Origin: Octopus bimaculoides
Taxonomy: Eukaryota
Reading direction: 5' to 3'
NCBI RefSeq assembly: GCF_001194135.2
Contig: NC_068993.1
Span: 32,845,370 to 32,909,369, forward strand
Length of the DNA stretch: 64,000 nucleotides
Below, in pieces: positions 25,225 to 38,496 of this stretch. Below the pieces are notes generated by a model. It had not been told where the DNA came from, made no database searches, and saw only the letters and a program-made list of their open reading frames with translations. A program made the position numbers and the translations under genes. The number at the start of each line of letters is the position of its first letter. Position 1 is the stretch's first letter.

Positions 25225-25605
25225 TAGGCACAGGAGTGGCCGTGTGGTAAGTAGCTTGCTTACCAACCGCATGGTTCCGGGTTCAGTCCCACTGCATGGC
25301 ACCTTGGGCAAGTGTCTTCTACTATAGCCTCGGGCCGACCAAAGCCTTGTGAGTGGATTTGGTAGATGGAAACTGAAAGAAGCTCGTCGTGTATATGTAT
25401 ATATATATGTGTCTGTGTTTGTCCCCCAAAATCGCTTGACAACCGATGCTAGTGTGTTTACGTCCCCCGTAACTTAGCGGTTCAGCAAAAGAGACCGATA
25501 GAATAAGTACCAGGCTTACAAAGAATAAGTCCTAGGGTCGATTTGCTTGACTAAAGGTGGTGCTCCAGCATGGCCACAGTCAAATGACTGAAACAAGTAA
25601 AAGAA
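25225..25605 (+). mobile_element. Abundant tRNA-derived SINE with internal microsatellite, best complete copy
   Basis: GGAGTGGCCGTGTGGTAAG (A box), GGTTCAGTCC (B box), GGAAACTGAAAGAAGC-(TA/TG)n, ending AATGACTGAAACAAGTAAAAGA. Confidence 0.9.
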
Positions 25606-25854
25606 TATAAGAGTAAGTAAAATCAAATAAATGACAAAGGAACAGGAATTACATTATCAATATCATTAGCTTACAGATGTTTCTGCTAGACACTCTGAGG
25701 AAGCTATAAGGTATGCTCATGCACTCAGCTCTGAGTGTACTATATCTTATAGAAAAAACAATTGTAAACTAATGAAGTTGATAACATGACTCCTGTTCCA
25801 TTGTCATTTATTTAATTTCATATTACACTTTGTTCTTGTGAAATCTTTGTAAGA

Positions 25855-25905
<51 letters not shown>

Positions 25906-25974
25906 TTTGTATATTATCTTTGTATGTGTATAATTGGTTTATATATCTTTGTGTATATATATACATATATATAT

Positions 25975-26330
25975 ATCATCATCATCGTTTGACGTTCATT
26001 TTCCATGTTGGCATGGGTTGGATGGTTTGACTGGGGACTGGCAGGCCAGGAGACCACACCAAGCTCCAATCTGATCTGGCAGTGTTTCTACAGCTGGATG
26101 CCCTTCCTAACACCAACCACTCCGAGAGTGTAGTGGGTGCTTTTTACATGCCACTGGCATGGGAGCCTGTCAGGCAGCACTGGCATCGGCCACATTTGGA
26201 TGGTGCTTCTTGTGTGCTACCAGCACAGGAGCCAGTCAGGGTGGGAGGATGGCATCGACCACGTTTGGATGGTGCTTTTTATGTGCCACCGGCACGGAGA
26301 GCCAGCCAGGCAGCACTGCCAATGACCCAC
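25975..26330 (-). mobile_element. RTE LINE 3'UTR/tail
   Basis: CATCATCATCGTTTGACGTTCATTTTCCATGTTGGCATGGG start, plus GTGCCACCGGCAC subrepeats. Confidence 0.82.
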
Positions 26331-26566
26331 GCATGCCGTTGAATTAGGTACTTAAATTGAGGCACTTTGCTACATTGGTATCATCTGCACACCCAAACAA
26401 TATTAATTGAATATTAAGACTCCATGCAGGGATGTTTGTACCTCATATTCCTGCTGTGTGTGCAGACAACACAACCCAGCTAAGTGAAGATATCCACTCT
26501 TGGTAATTGAGACATGTACTTTTTATAAAGGTACTTTCTATAGTATTTCTGAAGTGTAGATTCCAA

Positions 26567-26696
26567 GTAAGGTGAATAAAATATAGTAAGTTGAATAAAA
26601 TGTTTATATTGTTTCTTTGGTCATATCTCTATTTTCTTAACTCATTCTGCCACAGATATGACCAAAGAAACAATGTAAATATTTTATTCACCTTAC
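26567..26696. repeat. Small hairpin (36-bp arms, ~25-nt loop)
   Basis: GAATAAAATGTTTATATTGTTTCTTTGGTCATATCT / AGATATGACCAAAGAAACAATGTAAATATTTTATTC. Confidence 0.82.
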
Positions 26697-26884
26697 GTGG
26701 AAGGTGAGTTCCATTATTGATGTGAATATGTTAAGGAAATTGTATCCTTTATGTTTGAAGTCTATGTGATCATCTGACAAGAACAGTTTCTTTCAAATGA
26801 TGTAATGTTTCTATTAATCAATTAAAGGAGTCACTTGAAACAGCCATAATGAATTGACACCTGTACCTCCTTGTTACTCATTTA

Positions 26885-26941
<57 letters not shown>

Positions 26942-26946
26942 ATGTG

Positions 26947-26989
<43 letters not shown>

Positions 26990-28289
26990 GCCAGGTGTAC
27001 CAGCAAAATTGTCCAAATTTTAGATTCAGCTTTGAACCTTTGTATCTCAGGAATTCTTAAAGATAACTTAAAGGAATTATCAGCAGTTTTTCCAACACTA
27101 TTGGACTCTACTTTGAGGAAGAAAAATTGTTGATACTCTCCAGGCTTACCAGAAGAATTGTGAGGAAGTTGATCATGGACAAAAATGACATTTTCATAAA
27201 TAATTATATATATAAAGAAAGAGAGAGAGAAATAGATTGCTTTGTGGGAGTCTCCTCCCACTGCAACTTCAGTGCATGCTGTATTAATAAAATTATGTTT
27301 TTTAATGTAATTTTTTACCCAACCCTTTAGCATTCAGATTACCCTATCAAATGTAATACATATTCATTCACATTGATTTGAATTAATCATGCATTATCTT
27401 GTATCATAGCTTTGAGATTTGAGTGATGTGATTGTTTATGTTTTGAATTACATTGTTGGGTAGGTGTGAGAGGCCAGATCTGGCCAGTTTGAACATTAAA
27501 TAGATTGAAAATTTTAGGCTGGTTTAAATGCTTAATGATTAAATGTCTGACAGTAAAAAAAGAATCCAGATAGCAAGTGTTTATCACCCCAAATGGTAGT
27601 GGTGATTGGAGAATATATGAAAAAACTCCGACTCTGTATGTAATAGGTCTATAAAATTACAGCACATTAAATATCAAATTCTTACTACCTTGTTTTCCAC
27701 TAAGTGACCTCTGTCACCTCCCCTGTTCCCCTGTACAACCTCTACCTCTTTTTTGTTTCCCTCTATTTTCACTCCCATGTACCTCTGACCTTGTCCCTTG
27801 CAGTATACATCTCTCTTGCACCCCACCCTAACACACTTCACATCAACTGTGCCACCATCTATTACCACCCTGACCCACTACTATTTCCTCCACTCCTCCA
27901 AAAAACTAACAAGCTAAAATTGATATTCATGACAATGCCTCTACCTGTTTTCACCATTCACTGCATTCACTATTTTAGCATTTCTATCTATCTGCCACTC
28001 TCTTTTTGTACTCTTGCGAACCTACTTGCCTACCCACTCCCCCTGTCCAGTTCTGTGTACCATTTCTCTTATATTCACCTTCCTGTACCTTGAGGTTACA
28101 CTCTGACACATCTTCACTGCCATTTTCTCTCTCTTTCCCAAGTGGGGTAGCTGTGTATCTACTCTACAGTAAGACACCAGTTTCTCTTCTTCTATCATAC
28201 TTTACCTTCTCAACACCTAGCATTAAACCACCTTCCGCAATACTATATAACCTCAGTTGTCTTGTGAGTTGCTTAGCATCCTTGCTAGT

Positions 28290-28480
28290 GCGGGTGTCAC
28301 ATAAAAAGCACCCTCTAAAGTGGTTGGCATTAAAAAGGGCATCTAGCCATAAAAACCATGCCAAAGCTGACATTGAAGCTTGGTGCAGTCTTCTGCTTTA
28401 CTAACTCCTGTCAAACCATGTAACTCATGCCAGTATGGAAAATGGATGTTAAATGGTAAGGATGATGATAATGATGCATT
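28290..28480 (+). mobile_element. RTE LINE tail fragment
   Basis: GGTTGGCATTAAAAGGGCATC...GGATGTTAAATGGTAAGGATGATG. Confidence 0.65.
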
Positions 28481-28530
28481 TCTTCATGGCTGTCTCTTGT
28501 AATCAAATATGTCTTTGTGACAAGAGAATT

Positions 28531-28562
<32 letters not shown>

Positions 28563-28570
28563 CATACATA

Positions 28571-28844
28571 CACTGGCCAAAATACATTTAAGACTGACGA
28601 TGACAGTTCTATTCCTTTATTAATTTATTTTTAACAAAACTGTAAAAAATTATTTTACTTTTTACAGTTTATGTAGAATTTTTTTCTCTTTCGAATGATA
28701 TTGGTGTTATATATCTTTCTACATAAAAAAAAAAAAAATTCTACATAAACTGTAAAAAGTAAACTAATTTTATAGTTTTGTTAAAAATATATTAATGAAG
28801 GAATAGAACTGTCATCATTGGTCTTAAGCTTATTTTGGCCAGTG
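28571..28844. mobile_element. Tc1/mariner-type MITE, long palindrome
   Basis: TA|CACTGGCCAAAATA...TATTTTGGCCAGTG|TA, with arms of about 115 bp. Confidence 0.82.
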
Positions 28845-28854
28845 TATATCTTTC

Positions 28855-29235
28855 ATCTTTTACTGGTTTCAGTTATTAGACTGTGGCCATGCTGAAGCAT
28901 CACCTTAAAAAATTTTTTCTAAGCCTGGTACTTAGTCAATCTATCTCTTTTGCCAAACCATTAAGTCATGGAAATGTAAACACACTGACACTGATTGTCA
29001 AACAGTGATTGGGGAGAAACACATACACACACACACATGCATGCACACACACACACACACATGTACACGCGTGCACACACATACATGATGGGCTATTTTC
29101 AGTTTCTGTCTACCAAATCCACTCACAAAGCTTTGGTTAGCCTGAGGGTCTGGTAGAAGGCACTCCAAGTACTATTCAGTGAGACTGAATCTGGAATTAT
29201 GCGGTTGGAAAGTAAACTTCTTATCACACAGCCAA
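28855..29235 (-). mobile_element. SINE with internal microsatellite, diverged copy
   Basis: Reverse complement of the family sequence. Confidence 0.72.
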
Positions 29236-29598
29236 CTATTTTTCCCACCTTGTTTTGCATTTATGTGCTTACTTATGTGTGTTATATATATATATATCTA
29301 TATAAGTTAAAAAATACACAAAAAACAATAACAAAAAAAACAACAAAGTGAGGACGTGATGCGGATAGTGTTATTGGACGCTCAGGAAAGGAAGGAGAGA
29401 GAGTATGACGTTTCGGGCGGAGCCCTTCGTCGGAAAGACAGAAAGTTCGGAGAATGGAAAAACGGAGGAAGAGGAAAATGGCACCGATGCCCACGAGGTT
29501 CAGTCATTAGACTGTGGCCATGCTGGGGCACCACCTTGAAGTATTTTCGTTGTGCAAATCAACCCCAGTACTTATATAATGTATGTATAATGTATGTA

Positions 29599-29880
29599 CT
29601 GGGTCATCCCATAAATAATGCAGTTTTTTCAATTGCATGAACTAAAAGAAGATCTACTGTAAGAAACTTGAGTGGCTTAAGTCAGTGATAGGAGAAAAAT
29701 GACCATCTTTGGTTTCAAGACAAAAGGTGTTCTTTCCATCAGGATAATGCTCAGCCACATACAGCGAGGATGACATTCCAAAGGCTGGAGTAGTTTGAAT
29801 GGGAGACGATGCTCTACCCACCATATTCGCCTGACATTGCCCCATCTGATTATCATTTATTCTGCAGTCTTCAAAATTAC
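29599..29880 (+). mobile_element. Internally deleted mariner element (TIR plus C-terminal transposase piece)
   Basis: TA|CTGGGTCATCCCATAAATAATG terminus, then FFHQDNAQPHTA...PPYSPDIAPSDYHLF with the mariner YSPDLAP motif. Confidence 0.85.
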
Positions 29881-30295
29881 TAAGGACTATGCTGAATAAG
29901 ACCCCTACCCCTACTCGGAGGACCCCTACCCCTACTCGGAATTCTTCACTGTACTCGTTGCCAGCCCTCACCTTACTGACTGCATCCTTGTACATGGCTT
30001 GCACAGCTCTCACTAACCTTTCATCTATCTCTAGTTTCCTCATTGACTACCAGGTAAGGAATCAGGGGACCCTGTCAAAGGCTTTCTCCATGTCAACGAA
30101 AGCTAGGTACAGAGGTATATCTTTGGCTAGGTATTTTTCCTGCAGATGTTTTACCAGAAATATAGCATCAGTGGTGCTTTTCCCTGGCATGAACCCAAAC
30201 TGCATCTCATCTAAACTGACTCTCTCCCTAATTAGTTGGGCTATGACCCTCTCCGTGACCTTCATTACCTGATCCAACAACTTGATATCTCTGTA
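29881..30295 (-). pseudogene. RTE-clade LINE reverse transcriptase fragment
   Basis: QFGFMPGKSTTDAIF...LAFVDMEKAFDRVP*...LVRAVQAMYKDAVSKVR, with stops and a 20-bp internal tandem duplication at about 29899-29938. Confidence 0.9.
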
Positions 30296-30318
30296 ATATA
30301 GATGTATATATATATATA

Positions 30319-30796
30319 CTAGCAGCTAAGCCCGGTTTCGCCCAGTCGGTTTGGATGATGTGGCTGTAAAACCTGCTCTGTGTAAGCATTCGACTTGTTT
30401 GGGCACACTTACATTAAAAAACAATTTTAGAATGACTTTTTTCTGTTAAAACGCTAAAAATAACTGACCAACAAAAAAAAAACCAACCAAGATTCAACCA
30501 AATCAAAAAATAAACCCAAATACTAAGCGAGCAAAAATGAACCTTCCCACTTCCATTGCACACGCACACAAACATTCACACATACACACGCACACACACA
30601 CATACACACATTCACATACCCCCTTCTACATACACATACATATATTCACACAGAGTTGAAATGCTGTTTGTTTTATTTTTTTCATCATACAGTTTTCATC
30701 ATCTCACTACCAAGTATGACATCACCCCTTCCTTACTTATTCATCTATCACCCCTTCCTTTCTCATTCTTAAACACAAGAGTATTATTATAGTAGA
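30319..30796 (-). mobile_element. Non-autonomous Helitron
   Basis: 5' A|TCTACTATAATAA and 3' GGGCGAAACCGGGC..GCTAG|T; inserted between A and T. Confidence 0.75.
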
Positions 30797-31126
30797 TTAT
30801 CTCAGTAACCATGGGAGCTATGACAAAATACTAAGCCCAGCATCACCACTGGATCATTCTGCACATCTGTGTAATTTTTCATGCAATTCCACCCAGCTGT
30901 TTGACCATGACTCCCAAGACAAGAAAGAATTGCCCATGTCAAATTTATATGTATAGATGTATGTGTATATATGTTTTTCTCCTTGTTCTTCTCTTTATTT
31001 CTTTCTGTTGAAGAGTGTAGCTTGAAACGTTAAAGACTTTCTCTATTCCCGTGCGTTAAACTAATACATCCTTTTGTTGTCTACACCACCTGTCCTCATC
31101 TGTTGTTGTTTTTTTCGTAAATTCTC

Positions 31127-31188
<62 letters not shown>

Positions 31189-31639
31189 TCATCATCATCA
31201 TCATCATTGTTTAATGTCTACTTTCAATGATGATGATGATATATATCTAAGAAAAAAGGATGACAAAGGGAAAAAACGATTATGCTGTGAACTTCATTAG
31301 CTTTCAACTGTTTCTGCTATTAGATGCAATGGGCTCATAGATAAGTGCCTGAGTAACACCATATAGTTTCATTGGAGCCTCGAATATGAAGTGCAGTTTA
31401 TTTGAGAAAAGAATTATATTCATGTATATATATATAGGAAAGGCATACACATACACTCACACACATATACACACCCATCCACACATATACCTACATGTAC
31501 ACACACATATCTATATATATGTACATGCACACACACATGCATGCACAAACACATGCTTCTTTCAGTTTCTTGTAAATTCATTCAGTTTTCCCATAGTTAT
31601 AGTTGAAGACACTTGCCCAAACATGTAGTTGTAAAGCAA

Positions 31640-31950
31640 GTTTCTTAAATACATAGCCATGCCTGCACGACCATGACCTTTGGTCATTTGCTGTGCTTGA
31701 GAAGACTCACTTTGCCAAGTGAAATCATAGTTGTGGCTGATGCAAGTGACATGTAACAGCTTCCCTGCCAGTGACATGTAACAAGCACCTGCTACACTCT
31801 TGGAGTGGTTTGCATTAGGAAGGGCATTTGGCCATAGAAACCAAGCCAAATTCACTCTGGAACTTGAGGCAGCCCTACAGCTTACCAGTCCCAGTCAAGC
31901 TCTCCAACACATGCCAGTATGGAAAGTGGACGTTAAATGATGATGATGAA
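31640..31950 (+). mobile_element. RTE LINE 3'UTR/tail
   Basis: GGTTTGCATTAGGAAGGGCAT...GGACGTTAAATGATGATGATG. Confidence 0.78.
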
Positions 31951-32574
31951 TCTCACAACTGGTTCAATCTTTCCCTCACCACCCTTCCTTACTTTAAGAA
32001 GAAAAAAAAAAATAGGAACCTTGGAAATCTCCCGGTAAGAAGCTCCACAGTATGCAGCCCCATACAAGCAGGCACTTTTAAATACACTTGCTCATGATAC
32101 ATCACCTTCCACTACATTAACAACTCTACAACCATCATTGGGTCTAAGACATAACATCATATTACTCAGGACGTCTGTTGCACATTGTCTAACTTCATAT
32201 ATTGCATCATATGCAAACTTTGCAGTGCCTTATATATTGAAGAAACAGCCCAATGTCTTGCTGATAGCTTTCAGAAGCATTTTTAAAGCTACTACATATA
32301 CCTGGCCTATGTATTGCCACCCATTTATATACAACAGGCTGTCACTCACTTGTTTAGCGTCACTCAGTTGTATAGCATTTCCACATGCTCAAGAAAACAG
32401 AAAGGAAAACATCTCGTATTTGAACTTAGTATCTTGTCACCAACAGGTTTAACCTTTCAGCATTCAGCTTACTTTGTCAGATATTAATTTACATTGCTTT
32501 GAATTAGTCATGCATTATCTCCTAGCTTTGAGATTTCAATGATGTGATTGTGTATTTTTAGAATGTGTTATTTT

Positions 32575-32812
32575 CTCAAGTCATGCCAACTCACAAAGGC
32601 TGGATTTCAGGTTTCATGATGTATATGTTCTACACCTGGACAGGATGCCAGCCCATCACAGGATTACTTATTTTTGCCAGCTGAGTAGACTGGAACAACA
32701 TGAAATGAAGAGTTTTGCTCAAGAACACAATGCATTGCTTGGTCTAGGAATTGAAACCACAATCTTACAGTCATGAGTCCAATACCCTAACCACTAAGCT
32801 ACATGCCTCCAC
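32575..32812 (-). mobile_element. Older tRNA-derived SINE nested in a piggyBac-like MITE
   Basis: GGAGGCATGTAGCTTAGTGGTTAGGG...GGTTTCAATTCC...TTGAGCAAAAC on the - strand. Confidence 0.7.
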
Positions 32813-34622
32813 TAATAGGTGCGAGAGGCTAGATCTGGCTGGTTTGAACAGAAAACAGGTAGAATATTTGGGCCGGATATGGCTGGTTTAAATACTAAAG
32901 GGTTAAATTAACATTTTTCCTTTTATTCCTACACCTCTCCTTAGTTAAGTAATTCCCTTCTTATCCCTCAACTTCCTTCTCACTTCATTTTCTTTCACCT
33001 CACTCTCACCTTCACCTGCTTCTTTTTCTCATTCCATTTCTCTTTACTTCTACCTCTCTCATCCAGTTTCTCTCTCCCACCCCTTCTTTTTTTATGTATG
33101 AAGCTCTCATGTTCCTGTGCCCCTTATCAGGCAAGTTTTTCTAACTTAAAGGATGTAAAAACTCTACTGGTCTCTCTTTAATTTCTCTCCTGTCAACTTT
33201 CTCTGAAGAAGGACTGTTCAAAACATTGGATTTTCCACTCCCCAAGGCAAATTCTCTTCTTTTTGTTAATTTTCCTATATATATGTGTGTGTGTGTTTAT
33301 GTGTGTGTGCATGTACGTATGTGTGTGTGTATATTATATGTGTATGCATATAGTTGTGTATGTGTGCACATGCATATTTAAGTAAGGTATAGTATACATG
33401 AATTCATATACTCCTGGACCACAGTTTCACACACACAAGCAGGTTGGAAAGTAAATAGGATGATTCTAAGTGGTACTGAGCACATCAGCTGTAATCTGCC
33501 ATGAGATGCTGGTGTTTTCCTCCTTTGTCTTTCCTTTGTCTCTCAATTTCAAATGATGATTTAAAATTTTAGGTGTGGTTTCACCAAAGTCTCAAAAACT
33601 ATTGGAAGAACATTTGGGATAGGAGGCATTTTCTTTCCAAGCTGTAGTGCAGCACTCAATCTATTATTAACTATTAGAACAAAATATTTCTTTTCCTCTA
33701 CAGCGTCAAGGTTATGTTCTTTTGTTAGTTAAGATTATTTTGGATTGCTCAAGCTAAAATATAAGCAAACATAAAGATAAATGATACCAATTAGACATTC
33801 CTTATGTGTCTGACCTTTTCAAAATAGTTGCCAAATCTTCCTCTGCTCACACCATACCATCTTTTAGAAAGCAGTAAGACACATTGCACAGTGTAGTCTT
33901 AGATAACATTCCCCACCCCGAAAACAACAGGTTGGTCATGTTTGAGAGGGATCATAGGCCTGCTCATTGGGAGTCAGCCCAGTGCTAAACAACAACAACA
34001 ACAATAACACTGATGTTACTACACATCATTAAATAAGGTTTAAGCACTTTCAATGCCAGCCACGCTAATGTTGATGCTAAGGGGGAGCCACTTGTACTTT
34101 TAATGGTGCTGGTTGAAATAATGGTATTTAGTGACCTTTGTGATGGTGGCAGCAGTAATTATGGTCAGATTGTAGTGATGACATGGCAGAATGTGGTGTG
34201 GTGGTGGTGTTGCTGTTTACAGTGCCATTGATGTTGGTGATGAAGGAGATGGTGGTGAGGAAGATGTTGGTGTTATGATAACAACAGTGTTTTGGTGATG
34301 AGTTGTGATGGTGGCAATGAAGGTGATGTTAGGAGTGGTGTTATTTCTGTTGTTGTTGGTGGTGGTGATGACAGTGAAGATGATGATAATTGTAGCATTG
34401 ATTTGTTATGTATTTTTGGTAGTGGTGATGGTGTGGCAGTTGTGTTGTCAGTGGTGCTAATTTAAATGATGAGGTGATGGTAATGATAATTGTGTTAATA
34501 TTGTTAGTGACAGTGGAGATGTTTGTTGATGTTGTTGTCATTATTTAATACCATGTCTGATCAGTGTCTATAATTAAGAATGTTCCAGCCATGTTCATGC
34601 TAACTGTTTTCAGACGTGTTTC

Positions 34623-35213
34623 TAATATTGGTGGAATTCTGGTTTAAGCACCCTATGTAACCCCTCATAACTTTTTTTATTTTTTGGAATTTTCAGAATT
34701 CATACAATTATGCAAAAGCCAGAAAAAAAAAATTTGTGTGTGATTTAAGGGTTATTTATCCATTATTTTTAGCACATCTCATAACAACCTGATACTTTCC
34801 TCATTTCTTTGTCTCTCTGACATATTAATGTTTTTCAATGTGTTTCTCCCCATAAACAAATTTAATGGTCCATTGCAAGGATTTGAGCAAAAAATTTGGA
34901 CTGTCTGTATTTTAAACTCTGACTTTTTTTAAAAAAATTAATTAAAAAAATTACAGGCATAGGAGTAGCTGTGTGGTAAGTAGCTTGCTTACAAACCACA
35001 TGGTTCCTGGTTCAGTCCCACTGCGTGGCACCTTGGGCAAATGTCTTCTACTATAGCCTCGGGCCAACCAAAGCCTTGTGAGTGGATTTGGTAGTTTGGT
35101 AGACGGAAACTGAAAGAAGGCCGTCGTATATATATATATATNNNNNNNNNNNNNNNNNNNNNNNNNNNNNNNNNNNNNNNNNNNNNNNNNNNNNNNNNNN
35201 NNNNNNNNNNNNN

Positions 35214-35247
<34 letters not shown>

Positions 35248-35580
35248 TGTTTGTGTGTCTGTGTTTGTCCCCCCAACATCACTTGACAACCGATGCTGGT
35301 GTATTTACGTCCCTGTAAAAGAGACTGATAGAATAAGTACTAGGCTTACAAAGAATAAGTCCTGGGGTCGATTTGCTCGACTAAAGGCGGTGATCCAGCT
35401 TGGCCACAGTCAAATGACTGAAACAAGTAAAAGAAAGTAAAAAAAGATTTTTTTTCATAATTGTATGAATTTCTGTGTGTAGGACACAAATACACAAAAA
35501 TTTTCAGAAAATTCCAAAAAATAAAAAAAGCTATGAGGTGTTATATGAGATACTTAAAACAGAATTCTGCCCTAATGTTA
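34623..35580. mobile_element. TIR MITE with a nested SINE
   Basis: TAATATTGGTGGAATTCTGGTTTAAG...CATAAC is mirrored by CTATGAG...TTAAAACAGAATTCTGCCCTAATGTTA. Confidence 0.65.
34955..35435 (+). mobile_element. SINE with internal microsatellite, nested in a TIR MITE
   Basis: Full head and tail; gap within the microsatellite. Confidence 0.85.
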
Positions 35581-36215
35581 TATTATCAATATGTCCTTCC
35601 TTTTCCAAGATAGTAATGAATGATTTGAGAAGTGTTTGACTGCTATTTCTAGCAGTTCACTTGACCACACAGAAGCATTGTCCAATCAGATAAATCACTT
35701 GCTCATTGGATTAATGTAGAGGTGGCTGAGTACATTAAGGATACTCAGCTATGGATAATACCCTTGATATAATCCTCAGGCAGAATCATTGTGATTCAGT
35801 GAGAAGGCTGGGCCTTTAAATTGCAGGTACAATCCACCTGAAGGGCTTCTACACAGTTTCCATCTAACCAATTTTACTTACAAGGTATGGGTCATATGGG
35901 GCAACTGGAGGCTATGGTAAAAGACACTTGGCCAAGATGCTATGGAAAAAGGATTGAACTGGGAGCAAAAACAAATTTCTTAAACTTTCGTAAATGCTGT
36001 GCCTGGCTGAGTAGATTTATGCTTCAAAGCATTCCAACCATGACCATCCTGTCATTTTCATATATGCAGAGAACCCAGGATCACATTATCATTGTGTAGG
36101 GTGTTACTTGAGGGACATGTGATTTGCTATTTCTAGCAGATTGAGTGACTACATATATCTTCCAGAATGGGGGGAGTACATTGTTGTTGGTTGTGGTGGG
36201 GTCAATAAAAATGAG

Positions 36216-36596
36216 AGTAAAGGCTCAATGGCCCAGTGGTTAGGGCAGCGGACTCACGGTCATAGGATCGCGGTTTCGATTCCCAGACCGGGCGTTGTGA
36301 GTGTTTATTGAGCGAAAACACCTAAAGCTCCACGAGGCTCCGGCAGGGGATGGTGGCGAACCCTGCTGTACTCTTTCACCACAGCTTTCTCTCACTCTTA
36401 CTTCCTGTTTCTGTTGTGCCTGTATTTCAAAGGGTCAGCCTTGTCACACTGTGTCACGCTGTATATCCCCGAGAACTACGTTAAGGGTACACGTGTCTGT
36501 GGAGTGCTCAGCCACTTGCACGTTAATTTCACGAGCAGGCTGTTCCGTTGATCGGATCGACTGGAACCCTCGATGTCATAAGCGACGGAGTGCCAA
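36216..36596 (+). mobile_element. tRNA(Arg)-like-derived SINE, second full-length copy
   Basis: Near-identical to the 8333-8712 copy; 13-bp TSD CAATAAAAATGAG at 36203-36215 and 36597-36609. Confidence 0.92.
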
Positions 36597-36759
36597 CAAT
36601 AAAAATGAGGAAAAATGACTCCTTCTGACAAAATTACATAATTCAACAATTGACCTTTCTCTACTTATGTTCCCCACCTTCAGCCTTTCATAATAATCTT
36701 TACCTTCAAAATATAGGTTGTCCATTCTAGGACATGGCCCACCCTACATCCCAGTTCTA

Positions 36760-36931
36760 CTCTCCCTCATCTGATTACTCTGCTCCCCCCCCTTCTCTCT
36801 CTCTTATTCATTCTCTCTCCCTCTCCATATCCCCCCCCCCCGCTTCATATTTTCCTCCTTGTATTTGGCCTGTACAACTTCATAAATTATACCTCCCACT
36901 TCCCTTCCCTGTATCTATCATCCTCTATCTT

Positions 36932-36975
<44 letters not shown>

Positions 36976-37250
36976 TTTATCTTCCATAAATTTCAACCCC
37001 TACCTCCTGCCATCCTTCATTACACTTCCCTCTCAACTCTTTCCTTACTCTCATTCAATCTCTCTCTCTCTCTCTCTCTCTCTTTTCCCCCTCTCTCTTC
37101 CTGCTCTTACTGTCCTTTACTTTCCTATCTCACCTCTTCTTCCTTTCATTCTCTCCTCCTTTCTCTCTCCCTTTCATTTTCTCTTCACTCTCCTTTACCT
37201 GCAATAACACTTCCTCTTTCTTTCTCTTTCTTAATTTTCCATTTTCTCTT
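36760..37250. repeat. Polypyrimidine/(CT)n low-complexity tract
   Basis: Directly visible. Confidence 0.85.
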
Positions 37251-37370
37251 TCTCCCACTGATTTAGAAAAGAAACGCTCTAAAAGCAAATAAACAACACA
37301 AAACAAATTTATAAACTGGCCCACTTCAAAGCAATTTGTTGTAGTTATGATTGCTGTTTCTATAAATTTT

Positions 37371-37404
<34 letters not shown>

Positions 37405-37529
37405 GTCTATTTTCCACACTGATATGGTTAGACAAGTCTCAGAGTGTCTTGCCAACCATTTGTTGTAGTCATCCATCACTTGCAACACAAAACCACATGG
37501 AAATCCTACCAACTTAGTTTCCATGTATA

Positions 37530-37900
37530 TCATCATCATTTAACATCTGTTTTCTATGCTGGCATGGGCTGGATGGTTTGATAGGAGCTGGTAAAGCTGG
37601 GGGCCACACCAGGCTCCTCTGTTGTCTGTTCTGAGATGGCTTCAACATCTGGATGCCCTTGCTAATGCCAACCACTTTTACAGAGTGTATTGGGTGCTTT
37701 TATGTGGCACTAGCTCCAGTGCTTTTTATATGGCACCAGCACTATCATTTCTGCTATGGTGGATGGGTCTTCTTGAGAACAGCAAGGCACTATATGTCTC
37801 AATCCCCTGTCATCTCCTTCATAAGGCTTAGTGTCTTGAGATCAGCCTTCAATACTTTGCCCCATGTCTTCCTGGGTCTCCCTCTTCCACAAGTTCCATT
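37530..37900 (-). mobile_element. Old RTE LINE 3' end
   Basis: Family 3'UTR plus a GRGRPRKTW-encoding stretch (CCCATGTCTTCCTGGGTCTCCCTCTTCC). Confidence 0.72.
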
Positions 37901-38361
37901 CAATTATGTGTATATATTTTTTCATATGTGTGGAGTGGGCATAGATTCTTGTATGCCCTTCCTGTCCCTAATTATTTAATTATAAATTATTGTTTGGTAT
38001 TGGCAAAGGGAGGTAGATGGACAGGTTTGCTAGAATGTTGAAGAAAATGTCTGGCATTGAATTATGCTCCTTTATATTTTTGAGTCAAATCTTGCTAATG
38101 TTAACATTCCCTTTATCCTTTTAGGGATTGATAGTAAGTACCAGTGAAGCACTGGAATTGATATAATCAACTATAACCTGTGGTTCTCTCTCTAAAAAAA
38201 ACACATTCTGCTCTATGCCTATATTAGAAATCCTTGCTTTTTACTTTCTTGTTAACAAAATACTAAGAAATGTTTGAGTGCCACCCACATCTCCTTATGG
38301 TTTGTCTTTAGGCATATTTCATATTTTATAATCTGTAAACATTTCCTTATTTATATTTTAA

Positions 38362-38432
38362 CTAGCAGTAATACTCGTTGTTGATCAAGTAATTACTTTT
38401 ACTGTTTCTCGGGAGCCACATTCAAAGTATTA

Positions 38433-38496
<64 letters not shown>

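Noticed and set aside
33480-33660. - strand frame LSAALQLGKKMPPIPNVLPIVFETLVKPHLKF as a possible exon
   Set aside because: TLVKPHL resembles the CR1/L2 LVRPHLEY motif, so it is more likely an ancient LINE relic, and too decayed to annotate.
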